From a virus (lineage: Duplodnaviria > Caudoviricetes): a stretch of DNA of 64,000 nucleotides. The position numbers and the translations under genes were made by a program. The notes beneath the pieces are model-generated. The model had not been told where the DNA came from, did not search any database, and saw only the letters and a program-made list of their open reading frames with translations. The first letter of the stretch is position 1; every line of letters begins with the position of its first letter. Location: IMG/VR virus record IMGVR_UViG_3300032030_000024, positions 59,591 to 123,590 of that record; one strand, given 5' to 3'. Shown here piece by piece: positions 31,301 through 40,016 of this stretch.

Positions 31301-33077
31301 GCAACACGTCCTTAATCATTACACCCTTCACAGCCCATTGTTGAATACCTCGTGCATCTACCACACCAGTAGCCTTGGCGCGGTTATAAGCATCGACAAG
31401 TTCCATCAGCGAGCCATGTGTGCCTGTTGCGACATTGGAAAGCTGGTCAAGACGCGGGATGATAGTATCGACGTTGTGACCATAGGAAATCATCTGCTGA
31501 GAGGCTTTTGCCAAGTCCGAGAACTCGGACATATTGTAGTAGGCATAATCCTTCAGCTTGGCGGTGAACTCAGCACCCTTTTCTGCACTGCCGAGGAATA
31601 CCTTCATAGATGATTCGATGTCCTGAAAATATTCTCGCCACTCACGGGCTTTTTCAAAGAAGTCCTTTAGTTCGTTAAGCCCGAGCCCGATGCCTGCAAT
31701 GGCTGCTACTTTTCCTACAAGCTCCTTTGCTTGGCTGGTTACGGCGTTTGCGATGTCCGGCCCGTCCGGTGATCCGCCTGCACCACTTTTGTTTATATCA
31801 TTGCTCAGTTTCTGTACCTCGCTGACGGCATCCTTCCGCTCTGCCTTGAACTTGGAGAGACTATTTGAACATTCATCAAGCTGTTTCTGCAACCTGTCAA
31901 CCTCTTCCCGTGCCTTAGTGATGGCTACGGGGTCTTGGGCTTCGGCAAGCTGCTGTTTGGCTTTCTTTAATGACTCTTCAAGTGCATCGTAACGCTGCTG
32001 GTTCAGCTCTACCGCTTTATTCATGTCATAGAGCTTTTCTAATGCGCTTTCCACTTTCTTTGCAAGGTCTGAACCAAGTACTTCTGCCGCATGGCGTGCC
32101 GCTTCATCCAACGCACGGAACTCCTCTTGATTCTTTGCCAGCTCTTCTTGTAGGCTGTTCAGCTTCGGCAAGTCTATGTCATTGTCGGGCATAGACTGAA
32201 TCTGTGCTTTCAAGTCCTCTATCGTTCTCGCCAGTTCGTGATAACGGTTGAATACATCCTCACTGATAAATATTTTTGTGGCCGTTGACTCTGCCGTGTC
32301 CGCGAATCCCTTATATACATTATTAAGTTCTTCCACGGAGTGCTTCATCTGCTCGGTGCGGGCGTTTGACTCCGCAATCAGCGCGTCACAGGTTTGTACC
32401 TGTGCATTGCTGTCCTCCCAAGCCTTAGTCCAGTTGGCCACGGCCTCGCGACCACTTTCCAACAGGGCAATGTCTGCCTCGTCGTAGAATCCTTCTGCTG
32501 CACCGTTGTATTTCTTGCTTAGCCGTTCCTCATACGCTTCAAGCTTTGCCTTGTTACGGTTGATACCCTCGGCATTGATGTTGCGCTGCTGCTCTGCGGC
32601 TGCTTTCTGCTGTTCCAAAACGGTAAGGATGTCGGCTTCAAGTTTTAGACGCTGCTCTAATGCTGGTATGGCTGCTATGGTCGATGTGTTGCCAAGTGGG
32701 GCTTCTGTTGTCTTTATATCGTTAAGGATTGTGGATAGCTCGGTAGCAAACTTCTGAAACTTCGCTTTTGGGCGTTCCGTTGAATTTGCGAAATCGTCCA
32801 TCGCTTTCTTAATCCTGTCACGGGCTGCATCAGCAGCATCGCCAGCGAGACCGATGTTTCCAACAAGCTTACTGAAAACATTGGCTATCGACTGTGCCCT
32901 GCGCTCGAAAACCTCAGTTTGGCCACCGTCTGCCATGCGCTTGAACACATTACCAATGTCACCGCCGGCCTTCTTAACGAAAGCAGACATCCTGTTGACA
33001 GCACCAGAAATGGCGTTGAATGACTTTACAATCGGGTCGTGATTTGATATAATATCAAATTTTATTCCTATCGGCAT
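25302..33077 (-). CDS. tape measure protein
   Basis: 2591 aa, mostly helical/coiled coil; TMP motifs LGSAEKG, EGGMFHNLM; upstream of tail genes. Confidence 0.9.
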   Translation of the reverse strand: MPIGIKFDIISNHDPIVKSFNAISGAVNRMSAFVKKAGGDIGNVFKRMADGGQTEVFERRAQSIANVFSKLVGNIGLAGDAADAARDRIKKAMDDFANSTERPKAKFQKFATELSTILNDIKTTEAPLGNTSTIAAIPALEQRLKLEADILTVLEQQKAAAEQQRNINAEGINRNKAKLEAYEERLSKKYNGAAEGFYDEADIALLESGREAVANWTKAWEDSNAQVQTCDALIAESNARTEQMKHSVEELNNVYKGFADTAESTATKIFISEDVFNRYHELARTIEDLKAQIQSMPDNDIDLPKLNSLQEELAKNQEEFRALDEAARHAAEVLGSDLAKKVESALEKLYDMNKAVELNQQRYDALEESLKKAKQQLAEAQDPVAITKAREEVDRLQKQLDECSNSLSKFKAERKDAVSEVQKLSNDINKSGAGGSPDGPDIANAVTSQAKELVGKVAAIAGIGLGLNELKDFFEKAREWREYFQDIESSMKVFLGSAEKGAEFTAKLKDYAYYNMSEFSDLAKASQQMISYGHNVDTIIPRLDQLSNVATGTHGSLMELVDAYNRAKATGVVDARGIQQWAVKGVMIKDVLRDMGETVSGTTISFDQLNKVLDKVTGEGGMFHNLMLSMMDNISAESGQLEDNLAAMYEEIGQKFEGVFVKWLKLQSAMAEGRGNFVSDELLDWGAEKANSALDYLLENWQKIINTIKDVVVAYGIYRAALIANNALEKASAAWKSFNAAAIKASELATKREMAAKIAETASEAANTAGTRLNTVEKTKNASATQLLALAQQRLQAVMAAHPYALVVAALGALAYACYAYHDSQLTAAESQKLLNDTAAEYAEQLKNQEGEIRSNISIIQSNTASLIAQTEAYKKLIQLRGIFANYSMEELKGMSSERIEALISRSSEEEMKSWEQRRYEAVQELQEKYKDAGIAFFHDADRRIDAMAEKHNLGEEWAKSLKDDIGSTTDLSDFFDRQATDAANELQDKLIEGAENGIIAGFKNGFSSPEVSNTATDVLKSLYSEITPLDNKTKENIESLKQYEEELRNLKNERESLKEQDPTGEAGAIQLRLLEIDGLLPKIGGKIEEIKRNQSEIDSQVSEISNKYKSQFQEQIQKAKEKVEELGNQMDKASGSRKAEIRVKWEKAIKDLDSYESIMKLIEAGDTEVVVRINRKIENIQLGDQALVKIGKDYEKIDDLAQEFMNRLGAARKEFAEMSGEGGRSAEEIAEAYGITSQSVEEDIDNAKKKIQDDIDELSKKLEDAKDENEARPLELEIQRKQEQLQYIDDLKTKLLDICKNPFDANILVNITGKVSGWVKKLLEMAGIIQKGENTDGTDISERGKTEGKTAQSNIDSSSTGSSTPTSTKYWKAEAEKDQKKRMAEYNRFLSGKGQSDDGTIDFSNLTQKEYEELKQRYKDVEQLMKKGSELAKQRAAAQVKEKQQAQKHTEEMVKLEGDAERAREDARIAGIKSAAERERAEREAQHMRTIEDIKRQEEDIYKKIYQDRKTAYETANKGKQNVTPFELTAEGKGGWQGLVRNSLESVQDAEKQMLRTFGKGDIMDALQQQFGNGNVDVLARPLIDAAELVRKGWTDAGDGIATVFSSSYEVMDKYGKSHEILVTPILPDGTVLSQKELEDYIGNSLEGADNILEADEKKLVIAVDIPVPDAQLQKLHEQLTDLPTDKIERIQELYNTIDPDPAIAAIRKIQQSLDTIDPSQLEGTFRTLESLNVSNLTEQENAMLREFLKKQASEAAKTNAALTRERLQSMRDYLKEYGTLEQQRMLITEEYEDKISAARAEKNEGAALKYTKELQKIQGQLTFENISKDIDWKALFGGIGAMSKQMMQEMMSRLQSYTKTDEFQKSGAENQEKVVQLMSELRSYLGSEDAAMTDLAAAMINFNNAVTRLETAQREEQSAKSQYEQAKGTDSEAKMKEAFDKASASVVEAQEDVRNFGTALNQASDAVVNYVSKLDVALKDSPWAGTKGFNSLQSASSDISRFIGDVNKKTAEDMAERLKGNIGFEQMQQELAEAVAGGDINQAQADNQLVSAFGTSMEKTLFDVKELLGGMGGTMEGLLSSSVGFFLQVPELILNLANSIKGMVTGILDSMTELISFEWLSDLVNSILKSIGNLVQAIFDLPANLFNALSSIITDGVGGLLQSVGNAITFGGLDTWLGNRSNAEDIMDYRKELMGKLEIINDSVKRMTDTLSESYGMSAVETAKGIEKLLEEQQYYYKENVLSAGNSDYGGRHSEWWHRNKNGGEDWRTFGGEVRHGYVDTLKKWMEANGYGTFKGTSWQNFFDYLGGLENGQGAEILSRIRETPELQKVWYELMRKDSYDNGQIAKAVTEWADSYEDIKKLKDQLNEQLLGTTAENIFNDFMNALYDMADGAEDVFDDIAESWQKMINRMMINNIVGQKLREELEKEYDTWAKEVEKANNIEDENKRRQAIDNANKTFYNAYSKTLESATDKVRELQEAGVIQELDEVTKQQSATVNSAQNITYEQADALAGILLGHTALFEQGRATSELILQNLQTMQAGFQGSFNELRNLTIQANGTRETMLKVMKEHYESFDTKLTNIYKQLQEA

Positions 33078-33100
33078 GGCTGTTATCCTAAAATATGCCG

Positions 33101-33200
33101 CAAATTTAGTAAAAACTATTTAGTAAATAAACGTTCTAACGCATATTAACTTTTTTTTTGCTTAAAGACAATTGGGGAAATGGAAAAGTTTTTATTTTTG
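33101..33200. promoter_or_regulatory. divergent -7 elements for TMP operon (-, TAAATTTG 33101-33108) and membrane gene (+, TATTTTTG 33193-33200)
   Basis: TAnnTTTG matches in AT-rich gap. Confidence 0.55.
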
Positions 33201-33212
33201 CAAATAAAAAAA

Positions 33213-33455
33213 ATGAAAATTCTAAAAGTTATCTCCGTATTGATTTTCTTGTGTAGCATTGCTTCTATTTGGTTCTTTGTTATGTTTTTGGGTACTATAG
33301 GGAAAAGCCGAGAAACCAACGATTTCCTTTACTTCGCAGTTTCCCTTGTAGCAACGATTCATTTGTGTGTGTGCTACTATGTCACAATGGCTTGTCTCAT
33401 TTACATCGACAAGAATAAAGAGCATTCACTTTCAAAAATCAAAATTGAAGAGTAA
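33213..33455 (+). CDS. small 2-TM membrane protein (moron-like)
   Basis: Two hydrophobic helices, AT-rich, opposite strand to flanks. Confidence 0.55.
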   Translation: MKILKVISVLIFLCSIASIWFFVMFLGTIGKSRETNDFLYFAVSLVATIHLCVCYYVTMACLIYIDKNKEHSLSKIKIEE

Positions 33456-33882
33456 CTATGGATCTCAACGCTCACACTTGGCGGCTCTTCAAGGAGCACC
33501 CGGACGGACAGGCGGTGATAAAGCTGAAAACGATGAGAATTGGCAGAAATGGCGCTCTTTAATAGCTTTCCCTTGTATAAAAGTATTGGGTAACTAAGCA
33601 TTATGCAGACGAACCGATGGTTGATATTTGACCCTTACGCCGCGAGCCACAGCCCGCTATCCATAACGGATGAAGGCCGAAAGATGATGCAAAGGCTTGG
33701 CGTGGCAGGAAACCTTGCACCGCCCCCTTTTGTGTAAAAGCTGCCAACAACCTGTCTGTCAGCCGCCATCGCCCGCAATACAGGCTCGTTTCGTTTTATG
33801 GGGTCTGTTTTGCTTCTGTCGGCCTTTCGGCATTCGGTTGAACAACTATGCCACCGCAAGTGTTTCTCGCCGACGTGCGGCC

Positions 33883-34128
33883 TCATTTTCGCATAGACAC
33901 CTCGCAGTAGTAGTCGCACCCGTCCTTGGCGCGTATCTTCATAATGAAGCCTTTTGCAGAAGGGGTCTCAAAGATGTCGTGTACCTCCCAGCCCTGCTCC
34001 ACCTGTAAGTCCTTCACCTTGTCAATCATCGCCCTGAAAGCCTGTTCGTTTGTCAGAGGCAGGCTCTCGTATTTCTTCGGACTTACCCGTGCGCTGAAAA
34101 TGATATTCTTGATTACTAACTGTGCCAT
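33883..34128 (-). CDS. hypothetical protein
   Basis: 81-aa ORF downstream of promoter at 34298. Confidence 0.5.
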   Translation of the reverse strand: MAQLVIKNIIFSARVSPKKYESLPLTNEQAFRAMIDKVKDLQVEQGWEVHDIFETPSAKGFIMKIRAKDGCDYYCEVSMRK

Positions 34129-34297
34129 ATCCGTACCTCCTGTTTCTATTTATTGATATATGCTTCGTAACCTCTGTGGCTTGACGTGTGACGGATGTCA
34201 AACAAGGTAGCCTTTGCGAATGCGATACTGTTCTGTCTCTTCATACTCATTGTGCCGCTTACCTTATCGCGGTCGGGTTCTAAGGGTTTTGTTGGTA

Positions 34298-34378
34298 CAA
34301 AGATACAAAAAGGACGGCAATGGTGCAAGTATTTTATCTCTCTTTAGCTTAACCCACCGACCTTTAGCTTTAGTTAGC
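34298..34378 (-). promoter_or_regulatory. promoter (-7 TATCTTTG) with upstream GCTAAA box
   Basis: + strand caaagata 34298-34305 and tttagctttagttagc 34363-34378. Confidence 0.65.
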
Positions 34379-34460
34379 GAAAATCGGGCTGGCACGGCAC
34401 TAACAATGCAATAAGACATACCGGCCAGCCCGCTTACAATGAACTAAAGAAAGAAAAGAA

Positions 34461-34778
34461 TCAAGTTTCGTTCGTACCCGTCATCCACTTGCCGTTCTTC
34501 TTCAGCCTGCGGACGCGGTTATAGACGCTGTTGGCATCCGCACACTTCAGCCGCCTTGCGATATACTCTGCCGTGTAGGTTCCCCAAAGCTTCATCAGCA
34601 CGGCATCCTCCTCCGCAGTCCACTTATGGATGCGGTGGAGGTTCATGGCCGCGCAATGGTTCCGCACGGCCTCGTATGACCGTCCGAGAGCCAAGGCGAT
34701 ATCACCGATGCTCATATCCGAGAAGTGCTCCTTGATGTAGGCCTTCTCAGCCTTTGTTATTCCGTCAGTCCATCCCAT
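34461..34778 (-). CDS. Myb/SANT-like tandem HTH protein
   Basis: Two T.AE...(L/I)....IA..L.R/K....V repeats (KWTAEEDAVL). Confidence 0.65.
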   Translation of the reverse strand: MGWTDGITKAEKAYIKEHFSDMSIGDIALALGRSYEAVRNHCAAMNLHRIHKWTAEEDAVLMKLWGTYTAEYIARRLKCADANSVYNRVRRLKKNGKWMTGTNET

Positions 34779-34781
34779 AGG

Positions 34782-35999
34782 CTAAAACTTCTTGTGGTTA
34801 AGCAGCTCGTCCTTTGTCATCACGTCCTCCCACGGGAAGAAGCGCATGCCGTCCTTGGTGTACGGTGTGCGTCCGAAGTGGCCGTAGGCGGCTGTCGGCT
34901 CGTAGATGGGATTCTTCAGGTGAAGCATCTGCTCGATGCCCCACGGCGTGAGGTCGAAGTGTTCCTTGATGAACTGTGCCGTATACTCGTCCTTCCATCC
35001 GTGCGACCACGTCCCGAAGGTGTCAACGCAGATGCTCACAGGCTCTGCCACACCGATAGCGTAGGCCAGCTGAATCTGCATCTTCTCAGCGATTCCGTTG
35101 GCCACGAAGTTCTTTGCCAGATAGCGGGCTGCATTGGCAGCGGAACGGTCTACCTTAGACGAGTCCTTGCCCGAAAAGGCGCCGCCACCGTGAGCAGCAT
35201 GTCCCCCGTAGGTGTCAACGATAATCTTCCTTCCCGTCAGTCCCGTGTCACCTGCTGGCCCGCCGATGACGAACTTTCCCGTCGGATTGACGTGGTAGGT
35301 GATGTTGTCGTTGAACAGCTTCAGCACCCGCCCGTCGGTAATCTTCGCCTTGACATAGGGGATGAGCGTGTTGATGACATCATGCCGTATCTGTTCCTGC
35401 ATGGCCTTGTCGGAGCCGAAATCGTCATGCTGTGTGCTCACTACGATGGTGTCAATGCGTGACGGCTTGCCCGTCACGTCATACTCCACCGTCACCTGAC
35501 TCTTCGCATCGGGACGCAGGTAGCGCATCAGCATGCCTTCCCTGCGAATCTCCGCAAGTGCCTGTACTATCCTTGTGGCAAGGTAGTGCTCCACGGGCAT
35601 GAAGGTGTCCGTCTCGTTGGTGGCATAGCCGAACATCAAGCCCTGGTCACCAGCCCCCTGCAAGCGTCCAAGGTCGGAGGTCGTTCCACGGTCAATGTCG
35701 GGCGACTGCTCGTGTATGGCGGTGAGTATTCCGCAGCTGTCTGCCTCGAAGCCGTACTCAGGCTTGGTGTAGCCTATCCTGCGGATGGTGTTCCTTACTA
35801 CGGTGGGCACGTCGACGTATGCCGTCGAGCTGACCTCTCCAGCCACAATCACCTGACCCGTCGTCACCAACGTCTCTACTGCCACATGCGCCTCCCTGTC
35901 CTGAATGAGGAACGCATCAAGGATGGCATCGGAGCACGCATCACAGCACTTGTCTGGATGCCCCTCGCTAACGCTTTCTGATGTAAATAGTTTCTTCAT
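34782..35999 (-). CDS. metK: S-adenosylmethionine synthetase
   Basis: [66 protein letters not shown]. Confidence 0.98.
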   Translation of the reverse strand: MKKLFTSESVSEGHPDKCCDACSDAILDAFLIQDREAHVAVETLVTTGQVIVAGEVSSTAYVDVPTVVRNTIRRIGYTKPEYGFEADSCGILTAIHEQSPDIDRGTTSDLGRLQGAGDQGLMFGYATNETDTFMPVEHYLATRIVQALAEIRREGMLMRYLRPDAKSQVTVEYDVTGKPSRIDTIVVSTQHDDFGSDKAMQEQIRHDVINTLIPYVKAKITDGRVLKLFNDNITYHVNPTGKFVIGGPAGDTGLTGRKIIVDTYGGHAAHGGGAFSGKDSSKVDRSAANAARYLAKNFVANGIAEKMQIQLAYAIGVAEPVSICVDTFGTWSHGWKDEYTAQFIKEHFDLTPWGIEQMLHLKNPIYEPTAAYGHFGRTPYTKDGMRFFPWEDVMTKDELLNHKKF

Positions 36000-36019
36000 A
36001 CTTTTTGTGTTTTTGTAAT

Positions 36020-36268
36020 CTATTCTTTAATAAAGTCGATATATTCAACTGTTATCCTGTCGGCATCAACATCCTCGCGGAGCAGCTTGTGCAGCTTGGC
36101 AGGCGGAAACGCAGACTTCCATCGGAGAGGACAGAACACGGTGTAGTTTGCCCCTTTCTCCGTAAGGTCATCAAGGCGGTACGGAAAACCGTAGTTCGAC
36201 ACGAAACCGCTTGTTTCCTGCTTGAACCTTTTCAGCTCATCGGGATTGTTGATGTTAATCTTTCTCAT
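36020..36268 (-). CDS. hypothetical protein (paralogue of C-terminal part of 60411-60869)
   Basis: MRKININNP...[12 protein letters not shown] shared almost residue for residue. Confidence 0.7.
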   Translation of the reverse strand: MRKININNPDELKRFKQETSGFVSNYGFPYRLDDLTEKGANYTVFCPLRWKSAFPPAKLHKLLREDVDADRITVEYIDFIKE

Positions 36269-36836
36269 ATACTTTGAGCTTGCTCCGCTTCTTGGTTTCC
36301 ATGATATACATTCCTTCGGTGGCCTCCAATGCAAGACCTTTTTCAATGAGACCACGATAGTCAAAATAATGAGCATTAAGCCAATCAAAAATTTCGATTG
36401 ATGAAATTAGCTCGTCATACCAAATCGTCCTTGTTTCTGTACTGCAAACCCCATCGTCAAATATAACGTCAATATAATCACTTGTAACTTTTACAGATAA
36501 AATATCTTTAATATTATGTAAAATAGCAATCTCCTTTGCCTCTTCTTCAGTCATACTTGACATTTGGCGGAGATATGGTTTAACTTCGCTCAAATAAACT
36601 TGTATAGAAAGATAGTCTTCTCTGTCAGTCCAAAAGTCCAACAAAATACCATCTAATTCATCTACTTCAATTCTGCTTAATTCTCTTGGAGTGTTTGTGT
36701 CATCGCCATTAATGTGACAAAGAACTTTATAAGGCAATCTTGCACAAAGGTCTTTTAATTTTAGTTTTTTATATTCTTGTGTCATATTATTCTCCTTTCT
36801 GTACTTTAAGCCCAAGTTCAAAGAAATGCTTGGCAA
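36255..36836 (-). CDS. hypothetical phage protein
   Basis: KDLCARLPY, KPYLR.MSSMTEEE, DWLNAHYFDYRGLIEKGLALEA pattern. Confidence 0.7.
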   Translation of the reverse strand: MPSISLNLGLKYRKENNMTQEYKKLKLKDLCARLPYKVLCHINGDDTNTPRELSRIEVDELDGILLDFWTDREDYLSIQVYLSEVKPYLRQMSSMTEEEAKEIAILHNIKDILSVKVTSDYIDVIFDDGVCSTETRTIWYDELISSIEIFDWLNAHYFDYRGLIEKGLALEATEGMYIMETKKRSKLKVYEKD

Positions 36837-37140
36837 AATTAATCATTTCATCTTTAGTCATTGTTGCACTTTCAAGACAATCTATAGTAATCTTTGAAGA
36901 AAGATTCCAATATTCGTGAAGCATAAAATCCAAATCCACATCTTTCACTTCAAGGGTGTTATCAAGAATTTCTAATACATCACGGTGAGCAACAGCCTTA
37001 GCATACCAATAGTCACCGTCAGTAATTTTAGCCCTTTTAACGCATTCATTATAACACTTCTCTATCTCCTTTACTAAAACGGATTTTTTGATATATTCTT
37101 CCATAACTAGGTATCTTTTAAAAATGTTACTATTACCCAA
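36787..37140 (-). CDS. hypothetical protein
   Basis: FAKHFFELGL..QKGE tail; AT-rich block; true start may be the internal MEEYI. Confidence 0.6.
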   Translation of the reverse strand: MGNSNIFKRYLVMEEYIKKSVLVKEIEKCYNECVKRAKITDGDYWYAKAVAHRDVLEILDNTLEVKDVDLDFMLHEYWNLSSKITIDCLESATMTKDEMINFAKHFFELGLKVQKGE

Positions 37141-37193
37141 GCACTACAAATAATAAATACACACGCTGTAATACACTCTGTTATTGTCATACC

Positions 37194-37427
37194 TTACTCT
37201 CCTTTCAAAAAGTTTTTAAAGTCCTCAATTTTATTATCTATCCCTGGTGCAAGAAAATGATTTGTAACATATTTTATAGCCTTCTCAATAAAGGCATCTG
37301 TTCTGGTGTATTCAATATCGTGGTCATCAATCCTTTTAGTGTTAATAGGAGACCCATCAAAATCTACATAATCAGGAAATGTGGAATCTACTACATAAAT
37401 CTTCTCAGGTGCTTCGTTTGCTTTCAT
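37194..37427 (-). CDS. hypothetical protein
   Basis: MKANEAPEKIY...DIEYTRTDAFIEKA. Confidence 0.6.
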   Translation of the reverse strand: MKANEAPEKIYVVDSTFPDYVDFDGSPINTKRIDDHDIEYTRTDAFIEKAIKYVTNHFLAPGIDNKIEDFKNFLKGE

Positions 37428-37645
37428 ACTTTGTCAAATTTTCTAATAAACCAATACAAATCCTTTAATTTATCTTGAAACTCCTCTCTATCTTCATCGG
37501 AAATCAAGTTACAAAGTTGAGCATAACATTCCTCTTCTATATCATTAAGATGGGTAGGGGAGGTAATGTCATTACTATGTTTCCAAAAGTCTTGTTGACT
37601 ATGAATAACATCACACAAATATTGTTGGATTTTGTTTGCTTTCAT
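37424..37645 (-). CDS. hypothetical protein
   Basis: 73 aa, 4-nt overlaps with both neighbours. Confidence 0.55.
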   Translation of the reverse strand: MKANKIQQYLCDVIHSQQDFWKHSNDITSPTHLNDIEEECYAQLCNLISDEDREEFQDKLKDLYWFIRKFDKV

Positions 37646-39360
37646 AACTTTATTAATTTCTTCAATTGATCTAACAATCCTTCTAACTCTTCTGTATAAT
37701 AGACATAGGGTACACTATTTATTGCCCATTTTAAAGCAGCTATCTGTTCATCACTCGGCTTCCAAGTGTATCTGTCTTTGATTGATTTGAGCCAAGAAAG
37801 AAACCTATCATAAGTCGCAAGGTCATAATCTGGAGCATTATTTTTGTTTGCCTCAATCTCGTCAATTATTCCTTGAAGATTTTTCTCATCCTCTTCACTC
37901 CAAGCAGGCTTCTGTGGTACGAGTTCCCATAAACATTCTTCATCAAAATCACAGATAAACAAGTCTTCTGACCAATATCCTTTTTCGTCAATTTTTGTAA
38001 TAGTCAGAGATTTTTCATTGGCAGTTTTTATTTCATCGCCTTCCCTAAATTTTGGAATAATAATGATAGGCTTCTGTTCAACAAGTTCTAACTTATCTTG
38101 AGTTGAGATAGGAAGTTTTGCATAACCACAGATATACTCAGTATCTGTGATTTCAGTTATAGTCCCACTACACTTATGATTTTTATAACGAACCTTATCA
38201 CCAATATGAAAAATAGGAGTAACAATCTTCTTCAATTCTTTCTTCTTAAAGTCAAAGGTATATCCAGCATCAGCTATTACCTTTTCAAGTTTGTCACGCT
38301 GTTCTTTGGTTGCAGGATGATAATCATTGTCTTTATCTGGTTCACCAAAGGGTACAAGTTTAAGCATATTTTCCTCGATGGCTTGTACTATACCATCTTT
38401 GATTCCCATAAAGATAAATGTACAACCATTATGCACAAGCACATCGCCATTCTTTGCGTCTTTGGTAATGTCCCATAAACGAGCACTATAAGAAGAGAAA
38501 GGAATACCTTGTTCGGTATCTAACAGATAGGCATCGTTGGTAATTTCGACTATTCTGCCCATACAGTAATCATTTACTATAAAGTCACCAATCTTAAACT
38601 TTGGTTCAACCTTATCTGTAGACTTCTGTTTATATTGCTTTTCAAGCCAAGATAAAATATCCTTTACTTTCATTGAGAACTTTTCTGTTCCCCATGTTGC
38701 TTCTTCATTGTCATCATAATAGAATTTCATTCCATTTATTAGACATTTTATTACATCATTACTCTCAGAATTACATTGTGAATGTTGCATATTGCAGTTA
38801 TTCCAGCCATCATAATAACCCTTACAGTACTCTTCAGAACATCCTGATAAATCTACTTCATGATGACAAAAATTAGGCTTCTGCTCACCATGCTTTTCAA
38901 GTTTCTTCTTTATATAAGTATATATCCTATCCCAATCACCACTAACTAAGGCATTTTCAATATCCTCACATTCCATGTTGGAAAGACACATATTACCTTC
39001 TGCTGAGTTATAATCTATCCAAGTGATAAGATGTGTAGCAGCCCCCATTAGAACACCTCGTGCAAACTCATCCCTATTGATAGTTTCATTTGTATCACCT
39101 TGCTTTTCAAGCCAAGCAAGAATATTATTGGTTGGTATTCCATAGAATGTCTTAACACCACATGCTTCTTGTACTTTGTATTTTTTGAAATAACCAATCA
39201 ATACTTCCCTTATCCTCTCATCCTCATTGAGTTCGGGGAGTATTTTTCTAACGTCATCAGCAAAGATTGTTCCGCTTTCCTTGACAGTATTCAAGTTAAG
39301 TATCACGGCAAATTTTTCAATGACCTCGTCATAGGCTTTTGCTTTTTCTTCTATTGTCAT
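37642..39360 (-). CDS. modular low-GC phage protein with repeated WLEKQ / PKF..GD / QKP units
   Basis: 572 aa; repeated short motifs plus WSEEDEK and WKPSDEQ. Confidence 0.75.
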   Translation of the reverse strand: MTIEEKAKAYDEVIEKFAVILNLNTVKESGTIFADDVRKILPELNEDERIREVLIGYFKKYKVQEACGVKTFYGIPTNNILAWLEKQGDTNETINRDEFARGVLMGAATHLITWIDYNSAEGNMCLSNMECEDIENALVSGDWDRIYTYIKKKLEKHGEQKPNFCHHEVDLSGCSEEYCKGYYDGWNNCNMQHSQCNSESNDVIKCLINGMKFYYDDNEEATWGTEKFSMKVKDILSWLEKQYKQKSTDKVEPKFKIGDFIVNDYCMGRIVEITNDAYLLDTEQGIPFSSYSARLWDITKDAKNGDVLVHNGCTFIFMGIKDGIVQAIEENMLKLVPFGEPDKDNDYHPATKEQRDKLEKVIADAGYTFDFKKKELKKIVTPIFHIGDKVRYKNHKCSGTITEITDTEYICGYAKLPISTQDKLELVEQKPIIIIPKFREGDEIKTANEKSLTITKIDEKGYWSEDLFICDFDEECLWELVPQKPAWSEEDEKNLQGIIDEIEANKNNAPDYDLATYDRFLSWLKSIKDRYTWKPSDEQIAALKWAINSVPYVYYTEELEGLLDQLKKLIKL

Positions 39361-39477
39361 AGTTATTTGTTTTTAAGTTCTTGTAAAATATTCCATAATG
39401 TATTTGCTATTGAAACAAGAGAGCATGCTATAAATATTAAACATGCCACTATGATTACTAACATAATTGTACTCATA

Positions 39478-39867
39478 TCACAACATTTTAAGTTCATGTA
39501 ACTTTTCTATTATAGCCACACAAGCATCAACTGGATTGTCTTTAACTTCATATATTGTCTCGCCATCATATTGTACCATTGCATTCCATCTTCCATCCCT
39601 TAATATATTCAGACTAATTGGTAAAACATCAAGCAATGCTGCAAGGCTCCAACATGGTAATTCTGCATCATATTCATTGGCAGAGAAGTTGGGATTTTTT
39701 ACGAGAAAATCCTTTGGGTACGGAATTTCATCGTAACCTCCATCATACATTCTATCAGAATAATCATAAGGTGCTATATAACCATATCTCATATCAGCAG
39801 TATTTACATCAAGTCCAAGTTCAATTAGTTTCTTGGATTGTTTTATCGAAGTACAAATCTTACTCAT
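39478..39867 (-). CDS. hypothetical protein (paralogue of 55741-56262)
   Basis: TSI.QS..L.ELGLD..TADM...P.WSL..LL...P shared. Confidence 0.7.
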   Translation of the reverse strand: MSKICTSIKQSKKLIELGLDVNTADMRYGYIAPYDYSDRMYDGGYDEIPYPKDFLVKNPNFSANEYDAELPCWSLAALLDVLPISLNILRDGRWNAMVQYDGETIYEVKDNPVDACVAIIEKLHELKML

Positions 39868-39892
39868 ACCCTTTTATGTCTAAATTTTGATG

Positions 39893-39970
39893 CAAAGATA
39901 CGAATTAAATGTTATGTGTGCAAATTTTATCAGAAGATTATTGCATATTTAGCATATTTTTGTATCTTTG
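39893..39970. promoter_or_regulatory. divergent promoters (TATCTTTG on both strands) with GCATAT repeats
   Basis: caaagata 39893-39900; tatctttg 39963-39970. Confidence 0.7.
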
Positions 39971-40016
39971 CAGCAAAAATGGTATTTGATTACTAAATAT
40001 ACATCAGGATGGCATT

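Noticed and set aside
33457-33919. Short ORF MDLNAHTWRLFKEHPDGQ and ORF 33635-33919
   Set aside because: No recognisable motif; may be a gene remnant and hairpin-containing intergenic DNA. Too weak to call.
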